Sequence record: OZ035775.1
Strand: one strand, 5' to 3'
Source of the DNA: Sashavirus BDX09P1
Length of the DNA: 58,371 nucleotides
Shown here: one piece after another, positions 46,991 to 56,727 of the stretch
Numbering within the stretch: the first letter of the stretch is position 1
Layout: the number at the start of each line of letters is the position of its first letter
Translations under genes and position numbers: made by a program
Notes under the pieces: model-generated
What the model was told of the DNA's origin: nothing
Seen by the model: only the letters and a program-made list of their open reading frames with translations
Databases searched by the model: none

Positions 46991-48652
46991 ATGAAAGCTC
47001 GTTATTATCAGACTGAAGCTATCAATAACGTATGTCAGGCATGGTCAAGCGGTGCTGACGACGTAATTCTTGTGCTTCCCACGGGGGCAGGAAAAACGTT
47101 CTGTATGTCTGAACTGGTAAAAACAAGAGACGGTGTAAAAGTCATTCAGGCACACCGTAAAGAACTGGTTAGTCAAATCGCAATGGCTGTTGCTCGCCAG
47201 GGATTACCACACAGATTTATAGCGCAAAAAGATACTGTTAAGTTTGCAACTAATCAGCAGATGAAAACGCTTGGTTACAGTACCTATTCCCCCGGTGCTG
47301 ACATCGTTATTACCAGTTCACAAACGTTAAGAACAAAACAGTACGAACGATGGTACAACGACGTGTCTCTTGTATTCAGCGACGAAGCGCATCACCTGGT
47401 GCGTGGCACACAGTGGGGAGACTGCCGGGAAAAATTCCCTAACGCTAAAGGTCTGGGTGTTACAGCTACACCGATCCGTGCTGACGGTAAAGGTCTGGGT
47501 CGTCATGCGTCAGGTTACGCAGATCAGATGATCATTGGTCCGTCAATGCGTGAGTTAATCAGTCAACAACATCTGGCTGATTATCGTCTGATTATGGCTG
47601 AAACAGACCTGGAATTAACCGCAGAAATGATTTCCCATACCACGGGTGATTACAAACCTTCCGCATTAAAAAAAGCGATGGAAGATTCAAACATCGTTGG
47701 TGATACCGTCAGTACGTGGAAAACGTACGCAGACGGTTTGCTCACTGTTGTGTTTACGTGTGATGTGGATTCTGCTGAAGCACTTGCAAAAGAATTTCGC
47801 GATGCTGGCATTCCTGCAGAGGCGATCAGTTCACGAAACAGCAATCAGGAACGAGCGGACATTCTAGAACGTTTTGAACGACGTAAGACGCTTGTACTGT
47901 GTAACAACGATTTATTCGGTGAAGGATACGACTGTCCGGCAATGGAATGTGCAGTAATGGATCGTCCCACAGAATCTTACTCTTTGTTTGTACAACAGAT
48001 GGGTCGTCCGTTGCGTTTCAAACCGGGTAAAAAAGCACTGATTATTGATAAAGTCGGTAATGTTCGTCGATTTCTGGCCCGTGGTTTTCCACTTCCCGAT
48101 CAGCATTACAACTGGTCTTTAGATGACCGCGACCGTCGTTCGTCAAACAGCAGTGGGAACAGTAATACAACATGTACAAATAAGGGTGACCCTGATAACG
48201 GTATTCCACCGTGTCTGAAGCCTTATCCGTCTGGTCTGCCGTGCTGCCCATATTGTGGTCATATTCCTGAAAAAGCCGAACGCTCAGGCCCGGATCGTGT
48301 AGAAGGTAATTTACGTGAACTGACACCTGAAGAACTAGAAGAATTACGCCGGGCAGTTGTGATAATCGACCGTGACCCTGTTGCAGTAAAAGAACAAATG
48401 TTAAACGCTGGTGCACCCCCTGTTGCAGCTTACAGTGCAATGAAAAACATTCAGGCAATGAACGATGCACAGCGTAAGTTACGCGGCATGATTACCACAT
48501 GGGCAGGTATTCAACGTGATAAAGGTATACCCGTTGATGACGCTTACAAGATGTTTTACAGGGTGTTTGGTGTTGATGTACTTAGCGCTCAGGGGTTGCG
48601 TACTCGTGAAGCTAATGAACTCGCCGCAAGGGTTGCAAGTTCATTAATCTGA
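46991..48652 (+). CDS. superfamily 2 DEAD/DEAH-box helicase
   Basis: Walker A LPTGAGKT, motif II SDEAHH. Confidence 0.8.
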   Translation: MKARYYQTEAINNVCQAWSSGADDVILVLPTGAGKTFCMSELVKTRDGVKVIQAHRKELVSQIAMAVARQGLPHRFIAQKDTVKFATNQQMKTLGYSTYSPGADIVITSSQTLRTKQYERWYNDVSLVFSDEAHHLVRGTQWGDCREKFPNAKGLGVTATPIRADGKGLGRHASGYADQMIIGPSMRELISQQHLADYRLIMAETDLELTAEMISHTTGDYKPSALKKAMEDSNIVGDTVSTWKTYADGLLTVVFTCDVDSAEALAKEFRDAGIPAEAISSRNSNQERADILERFERRKTLVLCNNDLFGEGYDCPAMECAVMDRPTESYSLFVQQMGRPLRFKPGKKALIIDKVGNVRRFLARGFPLPDQHYNWSLDDRDRRSSNSSGNSNTTCTNKGDPDNGIPPCLKPYPSGLPCCPYCGHIPEKAERSGPDRVEGNLRELTPEELEELRRAVVIIDRDPVAVKEQMLNAGAPPVAAYSAMKNIQAMNDAQRKLRGMITTWAGIQRDKGIPVDDAYKMFYRVFGVDVLSAQGLRTREANELAARVASSLI

Positions 48653-48693
48653 TGGTAATCTGCATAGAAATATTTTAAACGTAAGGAACTGTA

Positions 48694-49185
48694 ATGACAA
48701 CGCTTGAACAATGGGCGATTCGTCACGGTATTAGTCAGATGGCGTTGTACGAGTTATACGCTCTTTATCAGCCTGACGGAACACCACACGAAGACGGTGT
48801 AAGTGAAAGCGCTACCAGTAAAGAGTGTGAACTGATTGCGGCACGTGCAGGGCAACGTATCTGGCGTAATAACTCAGGTGCTCTGAAAAACGAAAAAGGA
48901 ATGATGGTTCGTTATGGTCTTGGTAACACCAGTGCGAAAATCAACGCTGTTATGAAGTCAAGCGACTATATCGGAATTAAAACCAAAATCATTACACCGG
49001 ATATGATCGGTTCAAAAGTGGGTGTCTTTATTGCTGCCGAAATGAAACGCCCTGACTGGCACATGATCCCCAGTGATAAACGTGCACAAGCACAGGCCAC
49101 TTTCGGTGCGATTGTTGAGAACGCAGGTGGTGAATTTCGTTTCATCACTCATCCTTCACAATTTGAAAAATGGATTAAACAATGA
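48694..49185 (+). CDS. VRR-NUC-like nuclease
   Basis: RNNSGA ... SDYIGI ... AAEMK spacing consistent with PD-(D/E)xK VRR-NUC. Confidence 0.5.
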   Translation: MTTLEQWAIRHGISQMALYELYALYQPDGTPHEDGVSESATSKECELIAARAGQRIWRNNSGALKNEKGMMVRYGLGNTSAKINAVMKSSDYIGIKTKIITPDMIGSKVGVFIAAEMKRPDWHMIPSDKRAQAQATFGAIVENAGGEFRFITHPSQFEKWIKQ

Positions 49186-49355
49186 ATACTGAACGCATTG
49201 AACGTCTGCAAAAACTGATTGAAAACCACGGTATTGAGGCTGTTGCTAAACGTCTGAACGTTACTGAAATTCATGTTAAACGTAATCTGCTTACCGGGCG
49301 ATCTGCTATCAACCTGGTCAAACTGATGGCTGCTGAACGTCAGTTCGGAGCGTAA
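49182..49355 (+). CDS. small putative DNA-binding protein (57 aa)
   Basis: Below threshold; start overlaps upstream stop (ATGA); VAKRLNVTEIHVKRNL HTH-like. Confidence 0.3.
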   Translation: MNTERIERLQKLIENHGIEAVAKRLNVTEIHVKRNLLTGRSAINLVKLMAAERQFGA

Positions 49356-49358
49356 ATT

Positions 49359-51713
49359 ATGAAAGGGTTACTGAACCGTAAACAGTGGGTCATGTGGCGG
49401 CTTGAGACAGTCGCCGATCGTCCAAAACCAACGAAAGTACCATACAGCCCGGTACACGGTTATAAAGCCAGTACCACTAACCCTAACGACTGGTCTGACT
49501 ATCACACCGCGTTGGGTATGGCGCAAATGTACGGTATGTCTGGTGTTGGTTTCGTATTCACAGAAAATGATCCTTATTTCTTTATTGATGTTGATAACTG
49601 TCTGGTAGATCAGGCAACAGCTACGTGGTCACCACTAGCGCATGAATTCGTAAACCGTTTTCCAAATGCTTACACTGAAGTCAGTCAGTCAGGAACAGGT
49701 TTGCATATTATCTGTGCTTATACCAGCATACCGGAAGGTTTTAACAGTCTGAACGACCAGAAAACCGGGCTGGAAATGTACTGGCGTGATCGTTTCGTCG
49801 CGATGACGCTCACGGGTAATGGTGATGTTGATATTGATTATACCCAGGGCATTCATGATTCTATTGCCCGGTATGGTCGCATCCGTTCAGACCGTTCCGC
49901 ACGCTGGACAACAGCACCCTGTGATGACTGGTCAGGCCCGGCAGACGATGATGAACTGATTAAAATGGCGTTAAATTCGTCCAGTGCTGCTTCAGTATTT
50001 GGTAATAAAGCGTCATTTGCAGATCTGTGGAATGCAAACGTTGAACGCCTGTCTGTGTCATATCCCAGCGACCAGGGAAAAGACTACAATGCATCTGCCG
50101 CTGATGCTGCCCTGTGCTCACACCTTGCGTTCTGGACCGGGAAAGATTGCGAACGTATTGAACGTCTATTTAACCGTTCCGGACTGGTTCGTGGTAAATG
50201 GACAGATCGTCAGGATTACCGTGAAAACACGATTCTGGGCGCTGTGGAACGTTGTGATACGGTTTATCGTAGTCAACCGACGCTGACACCAGAACTGATG
50301 AAAGCAGTCACACCAGCGCCTACCGTCGTTCCTAATGGTGGAACACCTGCGTACATGAGTGTGAAACCCGGTGAAGGTGCATATGGTTCAAACCACACGG
50401 TTAACGCATCCACGTTCGTTAATAACTATTATCCGAACAACACTTTGATTTTCGTCCAGCAACAGCCGTACCGGTTCAACGGTCGCGTGTGGGAACGTGT
50501 GAGTGAAGATGAACTGAAACATCAGATATCTATGGCAATGCTCGCCAGCGAACCAAAAGCTGACGTGATCAATGGTACGTACAAGGTTTTGTCGTATTTA
50601 TTCACACGCGCTGATCGTGAGCTTGGAACATGGCCCGGCGTTGATGTATCACACTATATTGTTTGTCAGAATGGGATACTGGATGTACATACGGGTAAAT
50701 GTGATGCACATAACCCGGACTTCTTTACGACCAGTATTTTACCGTATAGCTACGATCCGTTTGCCCGTGCGCCAGCATTTGAACAGTTTCTTAATACAAC
50801 TCTGGAAGGTGATCAGGAACGTATTGCACTGTTGCAGGAATGGCTGGGTTACATGCTTGTCAACTCGTATGACTATCAGAAAGCGATGCTGTTGATTGGT
50901 GCGCCACGTTCCGGTAAAGGTACGATTGGTCGAATCATTCAGGCACTAGTAGGTGATGAAGCGTATGCAGGGATCACACTGGAGGGTTTAGCCAGTGATG
51001 CGGTACTTGAAACTGTGCTGGATAAATCTGTACTGTTTATTGGTGATGCTCACAGTGTGTCCGGGCCTGATCGCAACCGAATTCTGGACCGTTTCAAATC
51101 TATTACAGGTTGTGATGCGATTCCGGTTAATCGTAAGTATAAAGGTGCATGGAACGGTCGTTTACCGGGACGTATGACACTGGCTGCTAACAACATCCCG
51201 GCATTTGCTGATGATTCAGGTGCAATGGCTAACCGTTTGCTGATCCTACCATTCAACATTTCGTTCCTGGGTCGTGAAGATACCACTCTGGAAGCACGAC
51301 TGATGAAAGAACTACCGGGGATCTGTAACTGGGCGATTGAAGGTTTGCAACGGTTACGTGCAAACGGACGGTTTACTGAACCAAAAGCAAGTCTGGAAGA
51401 ACGTCAGGAAATTATGGATCAACAATCACCACTTAGAAGTTTTATCAGAGATTGTTGCGAATTGGTATCTGATGGTGAGGTGCATACTGAAGAACTCTAT
51501 GGTCGTTATCGTCTCTGGAAAACACAGGAAGGTGGTCCAGCAATGACTAAAACTGCATTTAGTCGGGCATTTAAATCCACCCTTCGTGGTAAAGTGAAAA
51601 AAGACGTTGTTAATATAAATAACGTACGATTAAACGGTTTCAGGGGTATTCGTCTTCTCCCTTTTCAGTCAACAGCTAATGTAGTGCCTTTCCCACCTGC
51701 GAGTAACGGTTAG
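49359..51713 (+). CDS. primase / D5-like replicative NTPase
   Basis: 784 aa; Walker A GAPRSGKGT in C-terminal half, N-terminal primase-polymerase-sized domain. Confidence 0.75.
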   Translation: MKGLLNRKQWVMWRLETVADRPKPTKVPYSPVHGYKASTTNPNDWSDYHTALGMAQMYGMSGVGFVFTENDPYFFIDVDNCLVDQATATWSPLAHEFVNRFPNAYTEVSQSGTGLHIICAYTSIPEGFNSLNDQKTGLEMYWRDRFVAMTLTGNGDVDIDYTQGIHDSIARYGRIRSDRSARWTTAPCDDWSGPADDDELIKMALNSSSAASVFGNKASFADLWNANVERLSVSYPSDQGKDYNASAADAALCSHLAFWTGKDCERIERLFNRSGLVRGKWTDRQDYRENTILGAVERCDTVYRSQPTLTPELMKAVTPAPTVVPNGGTPAYMSVKPGEGAYGSNHTVNASTFVNNYYPNNTLIFVQQQPYRFNGRVWERVSEDELKHQISMAMLASEPKADVINGTYKVLSYLFTRADRELGTWPGVDVSHYIVCQNGILDVHTGKCDAHNPDFFTTSILPYSYDPFARAPAFEQFLNTTLEGDQERIALLQEWLGYMLVNSYDYQKAMLLIGAPRSGKGTIGRIIQALVGDEAYAGITLEGLASDAVLETVLDKSVLFIGDAHSVSGPDRNRILDRFKSITGCDAIPVNRKYKGAWNGRLPGRMTLAANNIPAFADDSGAMANRLLILPFNISFLGREDTTLEARLMKELPGICNWAIEGLQRLRANGRFTEPKASLEERQEIMDQQSPLRSFIRDCCELVSDGEVHTEELYGRYRLWKTQEGGPAMTKTAFSRAFKSTLRGKVKKDVVNINNVRLNGFRGIRLLPFQSTANVVPFPPASNG

Positions 51714-51730
51714 TCATTGCACAAGGATGT

Positions 51731-51772
51731 GTAAAATAATTCTTGACGAATTACAGATGTGTGCGCTATAGT
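51731..51772 (+). promoter_or_regulatory. sigma70-like promoter P12 (conserved motif, plus orientation)
   Basis: TAAAATAATTC-TTGACG-18-TATAGT. Confidence 0.65.
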
Positions 51773-51803
51773 CTGTACATCAAGTGAACAAGGAGTGATT
51801 GTT

Positions 51804-52016
51804 ATGAAACCACGCTACCGGTTAATGAGACTTTCACAGTGTCCTAACGGAACACGGTTTTATTTTTATCGTCTGAAGCAACTATTACCTTTCACGTTAA
51901 TTGCTAACAGCTTCAAGAAACACGAAAGTATTTATCATGAAGGTCACGATTTTAACATAACCGCGCGAAAATACAGAACGTCTATTCATAAATTTGTATG
52001 GGCTAAGGTGAACTAA
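51804..52016 (+). CDS. hypothetical protein
   Basis: AGGAG RBS 8 bp before ATG. Confidence 0.4.
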   Translation: MKPRYRLMRLSQCPNGTRFYFYRLKQLLPFTLIANSFKKHESIYHEGHDFNITARKYRTSIHKFVWAKVN

Positions 52017-52017
52017 A

Positions 52018-52293
52018 ATGAAAATTGTCGATGCAGAATTTAGTTACATTGGTGATTTTAAAAATGGTTGTGAAATTAAGTCACCGTGTGAAGTTGTGTA
52101 TTATAACCGTAATCATTATAAATGGTGTGGTGATTTCCCAAAAATAGTCCCTGCTGGTTCAAGTCCTATTGTAACTGGTGGTATTGGTAAAAACGGATGG
52201 GTACCAATTACAACAAACAACGATGTGCGTAACGTCTGGTTACCACAGGTTATTTTAATTGGTATTTGTTTGCTTGTTTTATTTTTATGGTGA
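52018..52293 (+). CDS. hypothetical protein with C-terminal TM
   Basis: Track ORF; C-terminal VILIGICLLVLFLW. Confidence 0.4.
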   Translation: MKIVDAEFSYIGDFKNGCEIKSPCEVVYYNRNHYKWCGDFPKIVPAGSSPIVTGGIGKNGWVPITTNNDVRNVWLPQVILIGICLLVLFLW

Positions 52294-52354
52294 ACTAATT
52301 CTGGGTATGGTCTATGTCAAAATTCTATCCTGAATACAGGAAAGGTAAAAAACC

Positions 52355-52552
52355 ATGAAAAACATATTTGACCGTTTAATTACTGTTATTGTTTTCCTTG
52401 TATCAGTAACGCTCGCGTCTTGCATTGTCGGACTAATGACCCGTGGTAATCATGCGGAAACACCGTGGTGGTTTCTGGCTGGTCTTGGATTATTAGCGGC
52501 TGCTGCATCAATTGGCGCTTGCATGTGGGGAGTGAAAAATGATCATGACTGA
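52355..52552 (+). CDS. small membrane protein
   Basis: Two hydrophobic segments. Confidence 0.4.
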   Translation: MKNIFDRLITVIVFLVSVTLASCIVGLMTRGNHAETPWWFLAGLGLLAAAASIGACMWGVKNDHD

Positions 52553-52760
52553 GTTCGGTGCTGTAATCAAAAAAGAAGACCGTTATGCACATATTAATAC
52601 CCGGATTACCTGGGTTGATATCAGTGAAGCTACTCTGTTCAGTTCAACTTACATGGCTGGTGTTGCACTTAAAGCACTTCGTGATCAAGGTTTCAATTGC
52701 AGAAAAGTAACAATTGCGCCTGTTAAAATCACGCGGATCGTCGAGGAGACAGAAGGATGA
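52539..52760 (+). CDS. hypothetical protein
   Basis: Track ORF. Confidence 0.35.
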   Translation: MIMTEFGAVIKKEDRYAHINTRITWVDISEATLFSSTYMAGVALKALRDQGFNCRKVTIAPVKITRIVEETEG

Positions 52761-53437
52761 AAATTGTCTGGTCATTATTCGACGGTTCCGGGATTATGGG
52801 CTTACCGTGGGCGATACATGGATATCAGGTTTATTGTTTTAATGCTGATTCTGCTAATCACGGGGAATACTTTATTAAAGCTGATCACCCCAATCTTCAT
52901 TACGTTAATCAATGGATTGATCCACAGTTTGCAATTAAGCAGGAAATACTGGGAACACCTTTACCGTCAATTATTTTCGGCTTCCCGGATTGCACCCTGT
53001 TTGCTCAAAGCGGTTCGCAACATGACCGGGATGACGCTGAACTACAGTATGCACTGGCAAACGCAAAACTGATCCGTGAACTCGGAGAACGTTATAACGT
53101 ACCCTGGATGATCGAAAACCCTGTCGGTGCTTTATCACGTCCTGAAATGATGGGGACACCTGACGCTTATTTTCATCCGTGGGAATATGGCGGTTATATG
53201 ACAACAGATGATAAACCTTTTCACCCTAAAATGCCGATGTTTGACGGATACACGAAGAAAACATGTCTGTGGTTCGGTAACGGTTTCAGAATGCCTGAAA
53301 AACGTCCCGGACCGATTAATATTGGTTTCTTCTGGGGCTGGAAATATCTGGGTGGTAAATCTGAAACAACTAAACAGTTACGTTCATTAACCCCGCGTGG
53401 CTTTGCTCGCGCTGTATTTGAGGCTAATAAACAATGA
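52757..53437 (+). CDS. compact C5-cytosine methyltransferase-like protein
   Basis: Motif I-like LFDGSGIMG, motif IV-like GFPDCTLFAQSG (Cys retained, PCQ replaced by DCT), motif VI-like IENPVG, motif IX-like RSLTPRGFARAV; only 226 aa so little or no target-recognition domain. Confidence 0.5.
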   Translation: MKIVWSLFDGSGIMGLPWAIHGYQVYCFNADSANHGEYFIKADHPNLHYVNQWIDPQFAIKQEILGTPLPSIIFGFPDCTLFAQSGSQHDRDDAELQYALANAKLIRELGERYNVPWMIENPVGALSRPEMMGTPDAYFHPWEYGGYMTTDDKPFHPKMPMFDGYTKKTCLWFGNGFRMPEKRPGPINIGFFWGWKYLGGKSETTKQLRSLTPRGFARAVFEANKQ

Positions 53438-53829
53438 TAATAGTCGTTACAGGCGGTCGTGACTTCAACGACAGAACAGCGGTATTTTCAGCATTAGGGT
53501 TACTTCACAAACAATTCCCGGTTACCGAACTGATTGAAGGCGGTGCATCAGGTGTTGATAACCTGTGTAAGCAATGGGCGCAATTACACGGTATTCCTGT
53601 CCGCAGTTGTCCAGCAGCGTGGAACGATCTGACAGTGCCGGGTGCAGTAGTCAAACAAGGTAAGAACGGGCCTTATAACGCTGTTGCAGGTCATCAACGT
53701 AATCAGGCGATGTTAGAGGGTGAGCCACGTCCTACATATGGTGTTGTGTTCCCCGGTGGTCGTGGTACTGCTGATATGCACCGTCGCATGTTGAAAGCTG
53801 GTTTAACTGTGTGGGTTCCATATGGTTGA
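53434..53829 (+). CDS. SLOG/DUF2493-like protein
   Basis: N-terminal IIVVTGGRDF and GGASGVD pattern. Confidence 0.45.
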   Translation: MIIVVTGGRDFNDRTAVFSALGLLHKQFPVTELIEGGASGVDNLCKQWAQLHGIPVRSCPAAWNDLTVPGAVVKQGKNGPYNAVAGHQRNQAMLEGEPRPTYGVVFPGGRGTADMHRRMLKAGLTVWVPYG

Positions 53830-54184
53830 TGCGTATCATATTACTAAAGTGGAAAACCGTGAAAGTATCCTGATGAAAGGTATCGTACCGGGGATAAAAC
53901 TTCTTCGTGGTGATCTTGATTTTCAACGTGGGTTAGGTGTTCCCATCCGTTCCTGTGGTTATGATAAGTTATACGGTTTTCACCCCGTGTTCATTACCTT
54001 TAATCCTGTTGAGGCTATATCAATAATGGGTTATCGTGGTTCTGCTGATGAATGGTGTGTTGCTGTTATAAACGCTACTAATTTACAACATAAACCCGGT
54101 CGTTTTTCGTGGGAGTCAATCACTGATTATGTACCTGCTGATTGTATAAAACGTTTCGAACCGCTGACCAACTTCTTAAAATAA
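53822..54184 (+). CDS. hypothetical protein
   Basis: Track ORF. Confidence 0.4.
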   Translation: MVDAYHITKVENRESILMKGIVPGIKLLRGDLDFQRGLGVPIRSCGYDKLYGFHPVFITFNPVEAISIMGYRGSADEWCVAVINATNLQHKPGRFSWESITDYVPADCIKRFEPLTNFLK

Positions 54185-54217
54185 TTCTTGACAGATTACC
54201 AACCTTCTCCGATAATT
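54176..54217 (+). promoter_or_regulatory. sigma70-like promoter P13 (conserved motif, plus orientation)
   Basis: TAAAATAATTC-TTGACA-17/18-GATAAT. Confidence 0.6.
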
Positions 54218-54250
54218 AGCCTCAGTTAACACACATGGGGCTAAACACAA

Positions 54251-55018
54251 ATGGCTAACATTAACTCCCTTCGCAAGCTATCTGATACCGATAAAACCAA
54301 CGTAAAACGTGGTAACGCGTATCGTATTGATCCGCGTATCATCAAGATTCGCCCAGGACATAACCCACGCGGTGTATTTACCGACAACTACTGGGAAACC
54401 GAAGCAGCACTGGCACACATTGAAAACTTTCGTCAGGCTTATACTAACGGTGATTTCGTTCCACCGATCGTGGTACAGGTTGTTGACGGTGTTCCGTATG
54501 TCCAGGATGGTGAGCATCGTTTACGTGGCGTGTTAGCAGCTATTGAAGCCGGGACGCCGATTCTGACAGTAGACGTTGTTGAATCGTCCGGTGACGAACT
54601 ACAACAGACCCTGACACTATTAAAAGGTAATGAGGGTAAACCGTGGTCACCCGTTGAACGTGCTGTTATTTACGGTCGTTTCCGTTCATACGGCATGAGT
54701 GTTGAGCAGATCGCTACACAGGTCGGTAAAACCGTCCAACACGTTTACGAACAACTGAATATTCTTGATATGCCACTGGAACTTAAACGTCGTATTCAGA
54801 ACGGTGAAATCAGCGCATCAGCAGCCATTCGCCAGTTTAAAGCAGGTGATAAAGAACCAGTAGTAACGCGTCGTCCGCCTGCTAAACTGGTACGGTCCGC
54901 AGTGGAAGCAATCCGTGGTGAATGGTCTGTAACCCGTTCGGAAGGTGGTAAAGTCCTGGTTGAACTTACCGCTGAACAGTTTGAAGCGTTAAAAGCACTG
55001 AAGGAGCACCAGTTATGA
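54251..55018 (+). CDS. ParB-like nuclease-domain protein
   Basis: ParB N-terminal signature VQDGEHRLRGVLAA (GERRxRA-like). Confidence 0.65.
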   Translation: MANINSLRKLSDTDKTNVKRGNAYRIDPRIIKIRPGHNPRGVFTDNYWETEAALAHIENFRQAYTNGDFVPPIVVQVVDGVPYVQDGEHRLRGVLAAIEAGTPILTVDVVESSGDELQQTLTLLKGNEGKPWSPVERAVIYGRFRSYGMSVEQIATQVGKTVQHVYEQLNILDMPLELKRRIQNGEISASAAIRQFKAGDKEPVVTRRPPAKLVRSAVEAIRGEWSVTRSEGGKVLVELTAEQFEALKALKEHQL

Positions 55019-55203
55019 AAAACCGTAAAGCAAAGATTCTGTTAGTTCGTAGAAACGGTCCCGGCGTCTGGCAGTGGGTGAGACTCAGCAATCGACGAAT
55101 GGGGTTAATGAAATATTACGGGATGATGGTTGGTGGTTTTTGCAAAAAGCCCAGCGCGGCGCAAAACCGCTGGAAAAACCACCTGCGTACTAAAGGAGAC
55201 TAG
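55015..55203 (+). CDS. hypothetical basic protein
   Basis: Track ORF. Confidence 0.35.
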   Translation: MKNRKAKILLVRRNGPGVWQWVRLSNRRMGLMKYYGMMVGGFCKKPSAAQNRWKNHLRTKGD

Positions 55204-55364
55204 TTTATGTCAGACAACTTAACATCAATTTACGGTACGTTGACCTGTCGTTCTAAATTTAAACCGTTGACAAAAGAAGAAGAACGTCAGTGTAAGTTCA
55301 ATAACAGTTTTCCCAGCGTTAATGAAAATCGTTGGATTGCCAAACTAACCGGGAGTAAGAAGAA

Positions 55365-55589
55365 ATGACTATCCGACTGATGAATCCAACCGTTGCCCGT
55401 GATATTAAACCAGGTGACAAGATTGAAGTATTTAACGAATGGTACTGGGTACGCTATATCAATTACCACGGGTCACAGATTACGCTTCGTTTACAACCGG
55501 AAGACGAACCGCTATCACCATTTTGCGAAAACGACCGCGTTGTGGTTACAGTACCAGAAGATCTAATGATTGATGTCGAATGTAACTAA
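55365..55589 (+). CDS. hypothetical protein
   Basis: Track ORF. Confidence 0.4.
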   Translation: MTIRLMNPTVARDIKPGDKIEVFNEWYWVRYINYHGSQITLRLQPEDEPLSPFCENDRVVVTVPEDLMIDVECN

Positions 55590-55833
55590 CAGGTTCCCTC
55601 GTAACGGTTTAAAATGGTCCGCACGAGATCTGGCGTTATTAAAAATTAATGCAGGAAAGATCAGTGCGGATGAAATAGCGTATTACCTTCGCCGGGACGT
55701 TGAAGCGGTGCACATTAAAGCGTCACGTCTCGGTATATCACTGGTAACCAATAAATGTAAACGTGGTCATGCGCGAGTTTACCAAAAAGGTAGATGGCGC
55801 TGTCCTGAGTGTAGAAAATTAAAAGGGTATTGA
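55570..55833 (+). CDS. hypothetical protein with C-terminal CxxC pair
   Basis: Track ORF; RWRCPECRK. Confidence 0.4.
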   Translation: MMSNVTNRFPRNGLKWSARDLALLKINAGKISADEIAYYLRRDVEAVHIKASRLGISLVTNKCKRGHARVYQKGRWRCPECRKLKGY

Positions 55834-55835
55834 AT

Positions 55836-56407
55836 ATGACACCTGAACAATTCGCAACAGCAGCACACGGTGATCAACTTCGTAAGTACACCAATGACCC
55901 ATATGTTAACCACTGCCGGAACGTTGCTGAACTGGTTAAACGCTATGGTGGTACGCCGGATATGGTTACCGCTGCCTGGCTGTGCATGACGTCGTTGAAG
56001 ATACTCCCGTGACTGTGGGTGATGTGTGTTCGCAATTCGGTGAAACTGTGGCACGTTATGTTGATCAGCTTACTGATGTGAGTCGTCCACACCACGGCAA
56101 CCGCGTTAAGCGTAAAGCACGGGACATCGACCATTTATCACGGGCTGAACCTGTGGTAAAAACCATAAAACTGTGTGATCTGCTGGATAACACCTCTTCA
56201 ATTGTCCGACACGATCCGAAGTTTGCTGTAACATACCTGGCTGAAAAACAAATCATGCTTGTTCACCTGTCAGACGCCAGTAATCAGGAGTTATACGCGC
56301 TTGTTGAGCGTGAATTGTTTAAAGCCAAATACAAACTAACGAACGTCCAGTTAACCGCGTTTGACAAACACTACGACGCACTGGTTAAAGCGATGGGGGA
56401 GTTGTGA
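55836..56407 (+). pseudogene. HD-domain (p)ppGpp-hydrolase-like gene interrupted by a frameshift
   Basis: Frame 1 gives ...AAHGDQ...PDMVTAAWL then stops; HD signature HDVVEDT continues in another frame from ~55985; two extra nt (TG) at ~55983-55984 split the conserved AAWL-HDVVEDT. Confidence 0.6.
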
Positions 56408-56664
56408 TCATGAATAAAGCATCACCTGTAGAAATACGTAAATGTCTTGAAATGGCAAATAGTCTTGCACATGCCGGGATTAGATTTGTTCCTGTACCAG
56501 AAACCAGTGATGATGAATTTAATTCGCTGGTTTCTCATTCTTACGGGATACTGGACAAAATAGCAGACGATTGTGATACGACTAACCGCCAGTTCGAAAG
56601 CCTCAGCAACCACAAACATCACTTCATCAACGGCACTTGCGTAGAGTGCCTGAAAAGTGAATAA
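56404..56664 (+). CDS. hypothetical protein
   Basis: Track ORF. Confidence 0.4.
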   Translation: MIMNKASPVEIRKCLEMANSLAHAGIRFVPVPETSDDEFNSLVSHSYGILDKIADDCDTTNRQFESLSNHKHHFINGTCVECLKSE

Positions 56665-56727
56665 CTACCTGTTCATACTATTCATCAGTGCGCTCTATGT
56701 GGCGCACGTTTTCTATGAGGTGTACCG

